Assembly: GCA_963803435.1 (NCBI GenBank)
Contig: CAWDML010000001.1
Coordinates: 512,001 to 576,000 of the forward strand
From: an uncultured delta proteobacterium
GTDB taxonomy: Bacteria; Myxococcota; Kuafuiibacteriia; Kuafuiibacteriales; Kuafuiibacteriaceae
Reading direction: 5' to 3'
DNA: 64,000 bases
Part shown: one piece after another, positions 10,404 through 20,040 of the stretch
Position numbering within the stretch: position 1 is the first letter of the stretch
How the letters are laid out: the number at the start of each line of letters is the position of its first letter
Notes under the pieces: model-generated
What the model was told of the DNA's origin: nothing
Seen by the model: the letters and a program-made list of their open reading frames with translations, nothing else
Database searches by the model: none
Made by a program: the position numbers and the translations under genes

Positions 10404-12609
10404 GCGCCGGACCAGAGGTTGAGCGCCGAGCCCGCGCGGAACCACTCGAGCTGGACGTCGCTGTAAGAGTGCGCCAGCGCGATCGAGTCCGCGCGACCGT
10501 CCGGACGATGGAGCCGACAGGTGACGGTCCGGCCGGGCGCGAGCGCACCGAGGCCGATCAGGCTCAGGCGATCGTCGGGGCCGATCGCGTCATAGTCGTC
10601 CGGATCGACGAACGTGAGCGCGAGCAGCCCCTGCTTCTTGAGGTTGGTCTCGTGGATGCGCGCGAAGCTGCGAGCGATGATGGCAGCGCCGCCGAGGAGG
10701 CGCGGTGAGAGCGCCGCGTGCTCACGGCTGCTGCCCTCTCCATAGTTCCAGTCGCCGATCACCACCCAGCGGAGGCCGCGATCCCGGTAAGCTCGGGCCC
10801 GCGGCGCCACCGGCTCCCCGCGCGCGCCCGTGAAGGCGTCGACGGCGCCGAGGAACATGTTGTCGCTGAAGCGATCGAGGTGGCCGCGAAAGCGCAGCCA
10901 CGCGCCTGCGGGCGAGATCTGATCGGTGGTGGTCTTGCCCTTCGCCTTCAATAGCACCGGCATCTCGAGGAGGTCGCGGCCGTCCCACGCCGGCCAGCGC
11001 GGGAGCCGCTGGAGCCGTTCGCTCGCTGGGTCGATCGCGAGCGCGACGTCGCTGCCGTCGTCGGGCGGCGGGGCGTAGGCGGAGGGATCGGTGAGAAAGC
11101 CGCCGGGCGGGAGATCGGGGGCGGACCGGCGGCGCCAGGTGAAACGGTCGGCCCTCCGCATCGAGGAGCGCGTCCGTGAGCGGGTTGAACGAGAGTCGCC
11201 CGGCCAGCGCGAAGGCGACGACCAGCTCCGGGCTGGCGATGAAGCTCATCGTCGAGGTCTCGCCGTCGTTGCGCCCGGGAAAGTTGCGGTTGTACGAGGT
11301 GACGATCGTGTTCGCTCGTCCGGCGGTCGGACGACGCCACTGCCCGATGCAGGGACCGCAGGCGTTGGCGAGCACCGAGGCGCCGACGGCCTCGAGCGCG
11401 CCGAGATAGCCGTCGCGCTCGGCGGTGGCGCGCACCCGCTCCGAGCCGGGGGTGACCAGCACGGCGGCGCCGGCCATCAGCCCGTGCCGGCGGCCTTGCT
11501 CGGCCACCGAGGCGGCCCGGCCGAGGTCCTGGTACGACGAGTTGGTGCAGCTCCCGATCAGCGCCGCCGAGACCTCGTCGACGAACCCGTTCTCCGGATC
11601 GGCGACCTCGGCCTTCAAGCGCGGAGATCGGCCGGGCGCGATCGGGCGAGTGCGGTCCCACCACCTGGGGCTCGAGGCTCGAGAGATCGACCTCGAGGAC
11701 CTGATCGAAGTAGCGCGCCGGATCCGCCTCGACCTCGGGGTCCGCCTGGAGCAGGCCACGGAAGACGTCGATCAGCGGGACCAGCTCGCCGCGGCCGGTG
11801 GCCGCCAGGTAGCACGCCATGTGCGCGTCGGCCGGGAACACCGAGGTGGTCGCGCCGAGCTCGGCGCCCATGTTGCAGATCGTCGCCTTGCCGGTGGCGC
11901 TGATCGTCCGGGCGCCCGGCCCCAGGTACTCGAGGATCGCCTGGGTGGCGCCGGAGACGGTGAGATGGCCGGCCACGTGGAGGATCACGTCCTTCGCCGT
12001 GGTCCAGCCGGAGAGCGCGCCGGTGAGGCGAACCGCGAGACGGCGCGGGCGGCGCAGCTCCCAGGGCAGGCCGGCGATCACCTCGACGGCGTCGGCGCCG
12101 CCCACGCCGATCGCGCACGCGCCCAGCCCCCCGGCGTTGGGCGTGTGCGAGTCGGTCCCGACGATCAGCTGCCCCGGCGACGCGTAGCTCTCGAGGACGA
12201 CCTGGTGGATGATGCCCGCCCCCGGCCCCCAGAAGCCGGCGCCATAGCGCGCGGCCGCCGAGCGGAGGAACTCGTAGACCTCGCGATTCTCATCGAGCGA
12301 GGCGAGCAGGTCGGCGCTCGCTCCGGTGCGGGCCTGGATCAGGTGATCGCAGTGAATCGTGGTGGGGACGGCGACCCGCGTGGCGCCCGTCTGCATCAGC
12401 TGCAGCATCGCGCTCTGGCCGAGGACGTCCTGGAACACGACCCGGTCAGGCCGGAGGATCAGGTCGCGCTCACCGGGCTCGAGGGCCTGGGCGTCCGGAT
12501 CGTCGAGGTGGCCGTAGAGGAGCTTCTCGGCCAGCGAGAGCGGCCGCTTCACCCGCTCGCGAACGATCGCCAGGTTGCGGGACATCTTCTCGAGGATGGC
12601 TGCTGTCAT
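10358..12609 (-). CDS. Aconitate hydratase, mitochondrial-type; two apparent +1 frameshifts (~11620, ~11118)
   Basis: HCDHLI, GTDSHTPNAGG, GSCTNSSY, ACGPCIGQW, SYNRNF, TTDQISPAG, NYGEGSSREHAA and WFRAGSALN spread over three successive ORFs. Confidence 0.9.
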
Positions 12610-12674
12610 GGGCGACAGCGTAATGAAATCCCAATGAGAATAGGTGGAATACGATATAGTCTACATGCGACTAT
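12602..12674. promoter_or_regulatory. AT-rich divergent promoter region (aconitase/LysR) with two 6-bp inverted repeats
   Basis: GCTGTC-N6-GACAGC (12602-12619) spans the aconitase start; ATAGTC-N7-GACTAT (12656-12674) overlaps the LysR start; markedly AT-rich compared with flanks. Confidence 0.5.
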
Positions 12675-13545
12675 GATCGAAGGCCTCGAAGCCCTGGCGG
12701 CGCTCGAACAATCCGGGACGGTCAGCGAGGCGGCGGTGCGCCTGCGGCTCACGCAGTCGGCGGTCAGCAAGCGGATCCAGGCCCTCTCGAAGGCGCTCCA
12801 GATCCCGCTCCTCGAGCGGGACGGCCGGCGCGTGCGCCTGACCTCGCAGGCGACCCTGGTCCTGGAGCGCGCGCGCCCGCTGATGGCCGCGCTGCGGGAG
12901 CTGGCGGCGCCGGGGCCGGCCGGACCGCGGGGCACGACGTTCTCGCTGGCGCTCGCCGACTCGATCGCCGCCTCCTGGGGTCCCCGCGTGGTGAGCGAGG
13001 CGCTGCGTCCGCTCCCCCGGCTCGCGGTCGATCTCCACGCTCACCGGAGCGTGCTCATCGTGGAGAACCTCCGGCTCGGCCGCTATCAGATGGGCCTGAC
13101 CGCCGAGCCCGCCTCGACGAGAGACCTGGTCCACGTGCCGATCACCGCGGAGCCGATGGTCCTGGTCCACTCGGGCCTGGGGCGCCGCGCCGATCATCGC
13201 CGGCCGCTGATCACGATCGAGCCCACCTCCGCGACGTGGCGCGCGATCGAGCCGCTCGTCCGCGATCACCAGCCCGCGCTGGCGGCCCGGCGGATCATCC
13301 CGGTGGAGTCGTTCGGCGCGGCGCTCCAGATGGCGAGGGCCGAGTTCGGCGACGCGCTGATCCCGATCGGCGTGGCGCACGAGGCGAAGCTCCCCCGGCG
13401 ATCACACCGGAGATTGAGCGCGGTCGCGAGGCCGATCGTGCTGTTGAGTCGAAAGAGCGTCTATCAGCTGCCCGACTTCGCGCCGTTCGCCGAGCAGCTG
13501 GCCGCCGCGGTGCGGCGCTACTTCGAGGAACCCTCGCCGAGATAG
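12673..13545 (+). CDS. LysR family transcriptional regulator
   Basis: N-terminal HTH GTVSEAAVRLRLTQSAVSKRIQAL...LLERDGRRVRLT; divergent from aconitase. Confidence 0.9.
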   Translation: MIEGLEALAALEQSGTVSEAAVRLRLTQSAVSKRIQALSKALQIPLLERDGRRVRLTSQATLVLERARPLMAALRELAAPGPAGPRGTTFSLALADSIAASWGPRVVSEALRPLPRLAVDLHAHRSVLIVENLRLGRYQMGLTAEPASTRDLVHVPITAEPMVLVHSGLGRRADHRRPLITIEPTSATWRAIEPLVRDHQPALAARRIIPVESFGAALQMARAEFGDALIPIGVAHEAKLPRRSHRRLSAVARPIVLLSRKSVYQLPDFAPFAEQLAAAVRRYFEEPSPR

Positions 13546-14099
13546 CCGACGGTGCTGATCACGATCAGCGAGGCGGAGAGCATGCACCCGCCGATCGTCA
13601 GCTGATACGGCGCCTCGAGGACGATCGAGAGGATCACGAAGAAGAGGACCAGGCTGGAGACCTTGCCGTGCGCGCGGTGCTCGGTGACGACGAAACCTCT
13701 TCGCGCGCGGACCACCAGATATCCGGTCGCGAGGAGGAGATCGTGGAGCAGCACCACGGCGAAAAACCAGAGCGGGAGCCGGGTCAGACCGGGGACGTCG
13801 CGAAACGTGAAGTACGAGACGAACGCGACCTGAGCCACCTTGTCGGCCACCGCGTCGAGGATCGCGCCGACGTGGGTGGTGGCATGGTAACGGCGGGCCA
13901 CCCAGCCATCGACGAGATCCGAGATCCCGAGGATCCCGAGCAGCACGACCAAACCGACGGCCGGCGCGGTTTCCCCGGCGAGGCGCGCGCCCCGGATCTC
14001 CTCGGTCATCCAGAGGCCGAGCGGGACCAGCAGCAGCCGCACGATCGAGATCGCATTCGGCACCGAGCGGATCAATCTCGGCTGAACCACACCTTCCAC
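13518..14099 (-). CDS. CDP-alcohol phosphatidyltransferase (phosphatidylglycerophosphate synthase-like)
   Basis: PNAISIVR and the SDLVDGWVARRY...GAILDAVADK signature. Confidence 0.88.
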   Translation of the reverse strand: MEGVVQPRLIRSVPNAISIVRLLLVPLGLWMTEEIRGARLAGETAPAVGLVVLLGILGISDLVDGWVARRYHATTHVGAILDAVADKVAQVAFVSYFTFRDVPGLTRLPLWFFAVVLLHDLLLATGYLVVRARRGFVVTEHRAHGKVSSLVLFFVILSIVLEAPYQLTIGGCMLSASLIVISTVGYLGEGSSK

Positions 14100-14171
14100 G
14101 GTAGCGAGCCGGGGCCGACCCGAACAGCGGTTTCACTTGATCCGCGGTGCGGGCTTTGGGAAGGGTCCCCC

Positions 14172-15194
14172 GTGCTCCAGATCGACGATCCGACGGTCGC
14201 GCCCCAGCCGTCCTCGCCGCTGCTCCTCTCCGCGGTCGATCGCATCCTGTTCGATCGCCGCGACTGGGTCTTCCTCTCGCTGATCCTGCAGATCACGGTG
14301 CTGATCGTCCCGGCGGCGGTGCTGCTGTTCGTGATCGAACCGTTCCGCTGGTGGCTGGGCGCGCTCTATCTCCTCGTGATCCTCTTCGGCTATCTCGACA
14401 AGCTGATCCTGATGGTCCACAACCTCGCGCACCGCGCGACCTTCCGTCGGGGGTTCCGGTTCTTCCACGCCTGGCTGGAGTGGGTCCTGCAGCCGCTGTT
14501 CGGTCTCACGCCGAACACGTACTTCGCGCACCACGTGGCGATGCATCACCCGGAGAACAACGCCCCGGTCGACATCAGCTCGACGATGCGCTTTCGCCGC
14601 GACTCGTTCCTCCACTTCCTCCGCTACGTCGGGCGCTTCTACGCGTGGGCGGTGGTCGACCTGAGCAAGTACATGATCGTGCGGCGCCGCTTCAAGGTGG
14701 TGCGCCGCATGCTCAGTGGAGAGGTGACGTACTACGCCGTGGCGGGCGCGCTGCTCTACTGGCGCCCGCTGCCGGCGCTGTTCGTGCTGGTGTTGCCGTT
14801 CTTCATCACCCGCTTTCTGATGATGGCGGGGAACTGGGGCCAGCACGCGTTCATCGATCCCGAGGATCCGATCAACAGCTACAAGAACTCGATCACGTGC
14901 ATCAACTGCAGGTACAACCGGCGCGCCTTCAACGACGGCTACCACGTCGATCACCACCTCAAGCCGCGCCAGCACTGGACGGAGCTGCCCCTCGACCTCA
15001 AGGCGGACGCGTCCGAGTTCGCCCGGAACGGCTCGATCGTCTTCACCGGCATCGACTTCTTCATGGTCTGGCTGGCGCTGATGTTGAAGCGCTACCACTA
15101 CCTGGCAAACCACGTGGTGAGCTGCGACGGCTCGGACCGCCCGAAGGACGAGATCGTGGCGATGCTCAAGCTGCGCACCCGCCCCGTCCATTAG
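14172..15194 (+). CDS. Membrane fatty acid desaturase family protein
   Basis: His boxes HNLAH, HHVAMHH, HVDHH; TM segments; GTG start inferred. Confidence 0.85.
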   Translation: MLQIDDPTVAPQPSSPLLLSAVDRILFDRRDWVFLSLILQITVLIVPAAVLLFVIEPFRWWLGALYLLVILFGYLDKLILMVHNLAHRATFRRGFRFFHAWLEWVLQPLFGLTPNTYFAHHVAMHHPENNAPVDISSTMRFRRDSFLHFLRYVGRFYAWAVVDLSKYMIVRRRFKVVRRMLSGEVTYYAVAGALLYWRPLPALFVLVLPFFITRFLMMAGNWGQHAFIDPEDPINSYKNSITCINCRYNRRAFNDGYHVDHHLKPRQHWTELPLDLKADASEFARNGSIVFTGIDFFMVWLALMLKRYHYLANHVVSCDGSDRPKDEIVAMLKLRTRPVH

Positions 15195-15251
15195 GATCCG
15201 ATCCGCCGGGGCTCCCCAACCGTACCATCGGCGTATACTCCGGGCGCCGGA

Positions 15252-15875
15252 ATGACCCCGCAGATCCAAGCCGTACGGCCGCCGTCGAAGCGCAACGAGA
15301 CCCGCAGGGTGCTCGCCGCCGCCGCGCTGATCGTCTCGGCCGCGCTGGGCGAGATTGCGTGGTCGCGGAGCAGCGGGGAGACGGCGCGGGCGCCCGAGGG
15401 TGAGGTGCTCTTCGCGGACCTGCCCTTCGCCGAGCAGCGCGCGTTCCGCGAGATCCAGGAGGGGCTGGTCGAGGCCGAGCGCTTCCGCTCCGACAAGGGC
15501 CGCTGGCCGATCGCGTCCGACCTGGCCGGCGAAGGCGTCCCGCCCTTCGCCCGCACGCCCGGCGACCCGAGCACGCGCGCCTGGACGAGCGCGGAGGACT
15601 ACACCGGCCTGAACTACCTGGGATGGCCGACCGCGTCCGGCGAGCGCGCCTTGCTGGTCTTGATCCAGGAGGCCGGCGAGTGGGCCGAGCCCGGCGCCAC
15701 GGGGCTCGACGAGGAGCACCATCAGCTCGCGGAGGGCGATCTCATCCACGTCTCCGTCTGGGTCTCGGAGGCGAAGGGTGATCCGCCCCAGGCGGTGATC
15801 GCAGAACCCAAGCTGCGCGGCTGGACGCGGATCCGAATCGCTCCGCCGGCGCTGATCCAGGAGCCAAAAAGATGA
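15252..15875 (+). CDS. FpvK/DUF6162-like membrane-anchored protein
   Basis: N-terminal VRPP..xET..VL TM anchor, GVPPF and HHQL...HVSVW; first gene of the metal ABC operon. Confidence 0.55.
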   Translation: MTPQIQAVRPPSKRNETRRVLAAAALIVSAALGEIAWSRSSGETARAPEGEVLFADLPFAEQRAFREIQEGLVEAERFRSDKGRWPIASDLAGEGVPPFARTPGDPSTRAWTSAEDYTGLNYLGWPTASGERALLVLIQEAGEWAEPGATGLDEEHHQLAEGDLIHVSVWVSEAKGDPPQAVIAEPKLRGWTRIRIAPPALIQEPKR

Positions 15876-16765
15876 AGGTCACGTACGCGGTCCTCTCACT
15901 GTCGCTGATCCTCGCCGCCCCCGGAGAGACGGAAGCGGAGGCGGCGCCCTCGAGGCCTGCGCTCAAGGTCGGCGTCACGCTGCATCCGTATTACTCCTGG
16001 GTCGCCAACGTCGTGAAGGACACGCCGATCGAGGTGCGGTCCGTGCTCCCGGGCGACGTCGACGCCGGGAACTACCAGCCCCGCCCCGAGGACATCGCGA
16101 AGCTCGCCGACCTGGACGCCATCGTCATCAACGGCGTCGGACACGACGACTTCATCCGCGGCATGATCAAGGCCTCCGGCAACGACAAGCTGGTGGTGAT
16201 CGAGCCGAACCAGGGGACGCCGCTCATCCACGCGAAGAACGGCGGCACCGTCAACTCGCACACCTTCATCTCGTTCTCGAACGCGATCCAGCAGACCTAC
16301 GCGATCGCACGCGCGCTGGGCGCGCTGCGCCCGTCCCTCGCGCGGAAGCTCTCGGACAATGCGGCCGACTACGCCAAACGGCTGCGCGCCATCAAGGCCA
16401 AGGCCGCGGGTCAGCTGGCGCGCGCCAAGATCACGCGGGTGGTCACGGTCCACGACGGCTACGCCTACCTCCTCCAGGAGTTCGGCTTCGAGGTGGCCGC
16501 GGTGATCGAGCCCGCCCACGGACTGGTCCCCTCGGCGGGCGAGCTCGACGCGCTGGTCAAGGTGCTGCAGAAGGAGCACCTGCAGGTCGTCCTCTCCGAG
16601 GAGACGTTTCCGAAGGCGCTGCTCGACGTCGTCCAGCACGCCACCGGCGCGCGCGTTTACATCATCAGCCACATCGCGTCCGGCCAGTACACGCCGGACA
16701 AGTTCGAGAAGGAGATGGAGAAGAACGCGGCCACGCTGGTGAAGGCGCTGGTGGAGGACGGCTGA
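15872..16765 (+). CDS. Metal ABC transporter substrate-binding protein (cluster A-I, FpvC-like)
   Basis: VGVTLHPYYSWV, NGVGHDDF, NSHTF, VHDGYAY, EPAHG; ATGA overlap with the upstream gene. Confidence 0.88.
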   Translation: MKVTYAVLSLSLILAAPGETEAEAAPSRPALKVGVTLHPYYSWVANVVKDTPIEVRSVLPGDVDAGNYQPRPEDIAKLADLDAIVINGVGHDDFIRGMIKASGNDKLVVIEPNQGTPLIHAKNGGTVNSHTFISFSNAIQQTYAIARALGALRPSLARKLSDNAADYAKRLRAIKAKAAGQLARAKITRVVTVHDGYAYLLQEFGFEVAAVIEPAHGLVPSAGELDALVKVLQKEHLQVVLSEETFPKALLDVVQHATGARVYIISHIASGQYTPDKFEKEMEKNAATLVKALVEDG

Positions 16766-16771
16766 GCCGCG

Positions 16772-17440
16772 ATGAAGGCCAAGTGGATCGCCGAGCTCGA
16801 GGACGTCACCGTGCGACGCGAGCACGCCGTGGTCCTCGATCGCGTGTCGATGGGCGTGGCCCGCAAGACGATCCATGCGATCGTCGGCAAGAACGGCGCG
16901 GGCAAGTCGACGCTGCTGCACACGCTGCTGGGGGAGATCGAGTTCACCGGTAACATCCGCTTCCGGTTCGAGGCCGGGCGCGGCATCGGCTTTGTCCCGC
17001 AGCGCCTCGCCGTCGATCGCACGCTGCCCGTCACGGTCGGCGACTTCTTCGCCCTCACCCGCCAGCCGCGTCCGATCTTCTTCGGAGTCGGCGCCCGGAT
17101 GCGGACGCGCGTCGAGTCGGCCCTGGCGAGCTTCGGCCTCGAGGGCTACCAGGATCGACTGCTCGGCACGCTCTCAGGCGGCGAGCTCCAGCGGGTCCTG
17201 ATCGCGGACGCGCTCGAACGCACTCCGGAGATCCTCCTGCTCGACGAGCCCTCGACCGGCCTGGACGCCGGTGCGCTCGACCGCCTCGCCGAGCTCATGA
17301 TCGAGGCGCGCGATCGGTTCGGCACCACCGTGGTGTTCGTCGCGCACGACTTCGACCTGGTCGGACGCATCTCGGACCGCGTCACCCACCTCGACGGCGG
17401 CGCCGCCAAGACGGGACGGCCGCAAGAGATCCTCGCGTGA
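16772..17440 (+). CDS. Metal ABC transporter ATP-binding protein (FpvD/ZnuC-like)
   Basis: Walker A GKNGAGKS, LSGGE, LLLDEP, H-loop AHD. Confidence 0.92.
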   Translation: MKAKWIAELEDVTVRREHAVVLDRVSMGVARKTIHAIVGKNGAGKSTLLHTLLGEIEFTGNIRFRFEAGRGIGFVPQRLAVDRTLPVTVGDFFALTRQPRPIFFGVGARMRTRVESALASFGLEGYQDRLLGTLSGGELQRVLIADALERTPEILLLDEPSTGLDAGALDRLAELMIEARDRFGTTVVFVAHDFDLVGRISDRVTHLDGGAAKTGRPQEILA

Positions 17441-18312
17441 ACGCGCTCTACGCCTACCTCACCGAGCTCGCCCGCGCCGGCAGCATCCCCGGCATCTTCG
17501 AGTATCCGTTCATTGCGCGCGGGATCATCGCCGGGCTGATCCTGGCTCCGCTCCTGGGCGGAATGAGCCACCTGGTGGTGGCCCGCCGGCTGGCCTTCCT
17601 CAGCGCCGCGCTGGGCCACGCGGCGCTCACCGGTCTCACGATCGGCCTGGTCCTCGGCGAGCCCATCGACTCCGCCTACGGCGGCCTCTTCGGCTTCTGC
17701 ATGCTCTCGGCGCTGGCGATGGTCTACGTGCGCCGGCGCGCCGCGCTCCCGCCGGACACGTTGATCGGTGTCTTCCTCGCCCTGACGCTCGGTCTCGGGA
17801 TCTGCCTCCTGGTCGCGGTGACCCAGCGGTTCAACATCCACCAGATCGAAGCGGTCATGTTCGGAAGCCTGATCACGGTGACCGATCGCGACCTCGCGAT
17901 CTTGGCGATCGTCGCGGTGCTCGTCGCCGCCGTCTTCATCCGGATCTACAACCCTCTCCTGCTCGACACGCTGGCGCCCTCGATCGCGGCCGCCCGCCGC
18001 GTCGACTCGATGGCGCTCGACTACATCATCGTCCTGCTGCTCACGATGGTGATCGTGGTGAGCCTCAAGATCGTCGGTGCGCTGCTGGTGGAGTCGCTGA
18101 TCCTGGTCCCCGCCGCCGCCGCCCGGAACCTCGCGCGCTCGGTGCGCGGGTACGTGATCTGGAGCGTGGTGTTCGCATTCCTCGCCACCGAGAGCGGGCT
18201 GTTCCTCTCCACGGTGCTCCCGGTCCCGACCGGCGGCGCGATCGTGCTGGTGCTGGCGGCGATCTTCTTCCTGGCGCTCCTGGCGCGCACGCTCCTCTCA
18301 CGGGCGCCGTGA
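17437..18312 (+). CDS. Metal ABC transporter permease (FpvE/ZnuB-like)
   Basis: GHAALTG, PDTLIGVFL, VGALLV...PAAAARN. Confidence 0.9.
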   Translation: MNALYAYLTELARAGSIPGIFEYPFIARGIIAGLILAPLLGGMSHLVVARRLAFLSAALGHAALTGLTIGLVLGEPIDSAYGGLFGFCMLSALAMVYVRRRAALPPDTLIGVFLALTLGLGICLLVAVTQRFNIHQIEAVMFGSLITVTDRDLAILAIVAVLVAAVFIRIYNPLLLDTLAPSIAAARRVDSMALDYIIVLLLTMVIVVSLKIVGALLVESLILVPAAAARNLARSVRGYVIWSVVFAFLATESGLFLSTVLPVPTGGAIVLVLAAIFFLALLARTLLSRAP

Positions 18313-18331
18313 GAGGAACCCGGTGGTGTCA

Positions 18332-19918
18332 TCAATCGTGGTGATGCTCGTGCTCCGATACCGAGGGACGGAACATGTGCTGAACGAAACCGCGCGGGCC
18401 CAGCCGGACCAGCGCGGCGGCGATCAGCGTGAGCAGACAGATGGCGGCGGCGCGATCGACGGAGCCGCCGAGGTCGAACGACAACGCGGACGGGCGCAGC
18501 GCAGGTAGCGCGAGATCGACGATGATCCCGAGCAGCGTGGCCGTCCCGAGCGCGGCGAGCGCGAACCTCACGGCGGAGGGTCGGCCGAAGCGCTCGCGGA
18601 TCGCAGCGAGCGAGGTCGCGTGAACCATCGGCCCGGTGATGAGGAAGGCGAGCGCGCTTCCGGGAGAGAGACCGGCGGCGATCAGCGCCGCGGCCAGGGG
18701 CGTGGCGCCGGTCGCGCAGACGAAGGGCACGAGCGCCAGCAGGGCGGCCGCCGGGACCGAGACCAGCGCGGGGATCGCCAGCTTGGCGTCGCCGGCGAGG
18801 ACGGCGACGGCGGCACCGAAGAGGATCCAGGCCGCGCTCTCGTCCATGAGCTGGACGAAGCCCAGGCGGAGCGCGGTGGTGGCGGGCTCGACCGAGGGTG
18901 GTGGATCGACCGAGGCCGGCGCCGCGCGACCCACGATGGCGGTCACCGCCAGGGACGCGACGACCGCCAGACCGAAGCGAAGGACGGTGAACACCGAGCC
19001 GAGCAGGACGAGCGAGACCAGGATCGCCGGGAGCGAGAGCAAGGGCGTGGCCGCGAGCGCCAGCAGATCGCCGGTGGCCGCGAGCTCGCGCGCAGCCCGT
19101 CCCGCCCCGACGGGGCGAAGGAGCGCCGCCAGCAACCCACGCCGGTCGGCGGAGGAGCGGAGGGTGGCGACGACGCCGGCGAGCGCGAACCCGACGATCA
19201 TGGGCAGCGCGATCACGTAGGACAGACGGAGGAGATCGGTGGTGGTCGCACCCGCGAGCGACTGGGCGTGCGCGTGTCCCGAGGCCTCGGGGACGAGCGC
19301 GACCATCAGGACTCCGAGCGCCCCGCCCAAGAGCTCGGCGACGCGGTTGTGCGGGACGTGTTCGCCGTGGAGCTCCGGGCCGTGGCTGAGCAGCACGTGG
19401 AGCAGCGCACCCGCGACGAACGCCTCGAACACGGCCAGCGAGCGCTCCTCGAGCACGTCGAACCGCTGGCCCAAGAGGAACCCGCCGATCGTCGCGAGGA
19501 TCAACGCGCTCAGCATGAGCCAGGCGCGCTTGAGGCCGAACGCGGGCCGCACCAGCCACCAGACGAGGATCCCGGCGGGGAGGCGATGCAAGACGATCGC
19601 CCAGGAGAGCGCGCCCGGGTGTCGCTCGCTCCCGATGGCGGCGCCGTCGATCAGCGTGTGGCTGAGCAGGCCGAGCAGGCCGATCGCGATCGCCCAGCCC
19701 TTCGGCCCGTGTCCGGTCTGCGCGCGGCGGGAGAAGATGAGCGGCTCCAGCAGCGCCGGGACTGCCAGCCCGATGGCGCCCGCGGCGATCGACCAGAACC
19801 CGCCCAGCGCGAGCGCCCGCGGCATGATGTGCAGCAGCACCAGCGAGCCGACGGCGGCCAACACGAAGCCGTCGAGCGCGTGGAGGAGCAGCCGCACCCG
19901 GCGCGAGAGCGCGTACAT
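18332..19918 (-). CDS. Metal permease (ZIP-like N-terminus plus DUF318/ArsP-like C-terminus)
   Basis: HTLIDG, LHRLP, FVCATGATP, ALAFLITGP; His-rich linker and C-terminus HEHHHD; true start probably further upstream. Confidence 0.75.
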   Translation of the reverse strand: MYALSRRVRLLLHALDGFVLAAVGSLVLLHIMPRALALGGFWSIAAGAIGLAVPALLEPLIFSRRAQTGHGPKGWAIAIGLLGLLSHTLIDGAAIGSERHPGALSWAIVLHRLPAGILVWWLVRPAFGLKRAWLMLSALILATIGGFLLGQRFDVLEERSLAVFEAFVAGALLHVLLSHGPELHGEHVPHNRVAELLGGALGVLMVALVPEASGHAHAQSLAGATTTDLLRLSYVIALPMIVGFALAGVVATLRSSADRRGLLAALLRPVGAGRAARELAATGDLLALAATPLLSLPAILVSLVLLGSVFTVLRFGLAVVASLAVTAIVGRAAPASVDPPPSVEPATTALRLGFVQLMDESAAWILFGAAVAVLAGDAKLAIPALVSVPAAALLALVPFVCATGATPLAAALIAAGLSPGSALAFLITGPMVHATSLAAIRERFGRPSAVRFALAALGTATLLGIIVDLALPALRPSALSFDLGGSVDRAAAICLLTLIAAALVRLGPRGFVQHMFRPSVSEHEHHHD

Positions 19919-20040
19919 GAGCGGGCCGACCAGGACGGCCGCGATGGCGAGCGCGAGTGGAAGCAGACGATCGGCGGACTATCAACGCCGTCGGGGGGCG
20001 GCAAGCCGAGATCGCGGTCGGCCGGAAACCCTCCGCAGGC

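Noticed and set aside
10358-12609. Aconitase as a true pseudogene
   Set aside because: All catalytic and Fe-S motifs are intact, there are no in-frame stops, and both breaks fit the window-wide GATCT +1 pattern, so sequencing error is more likely.
11425-12672. Long N-terminal extensions on LysR (706 aa); likewise cydB (603 aa), desaturase (652 aa), GT2 (690 aa) and hydrolase (1158 aa)
   Set aside because: ORF-caller artefacts overlapping upstream genes; domain starts and RBS or stop-start overlaps indicate later starts.
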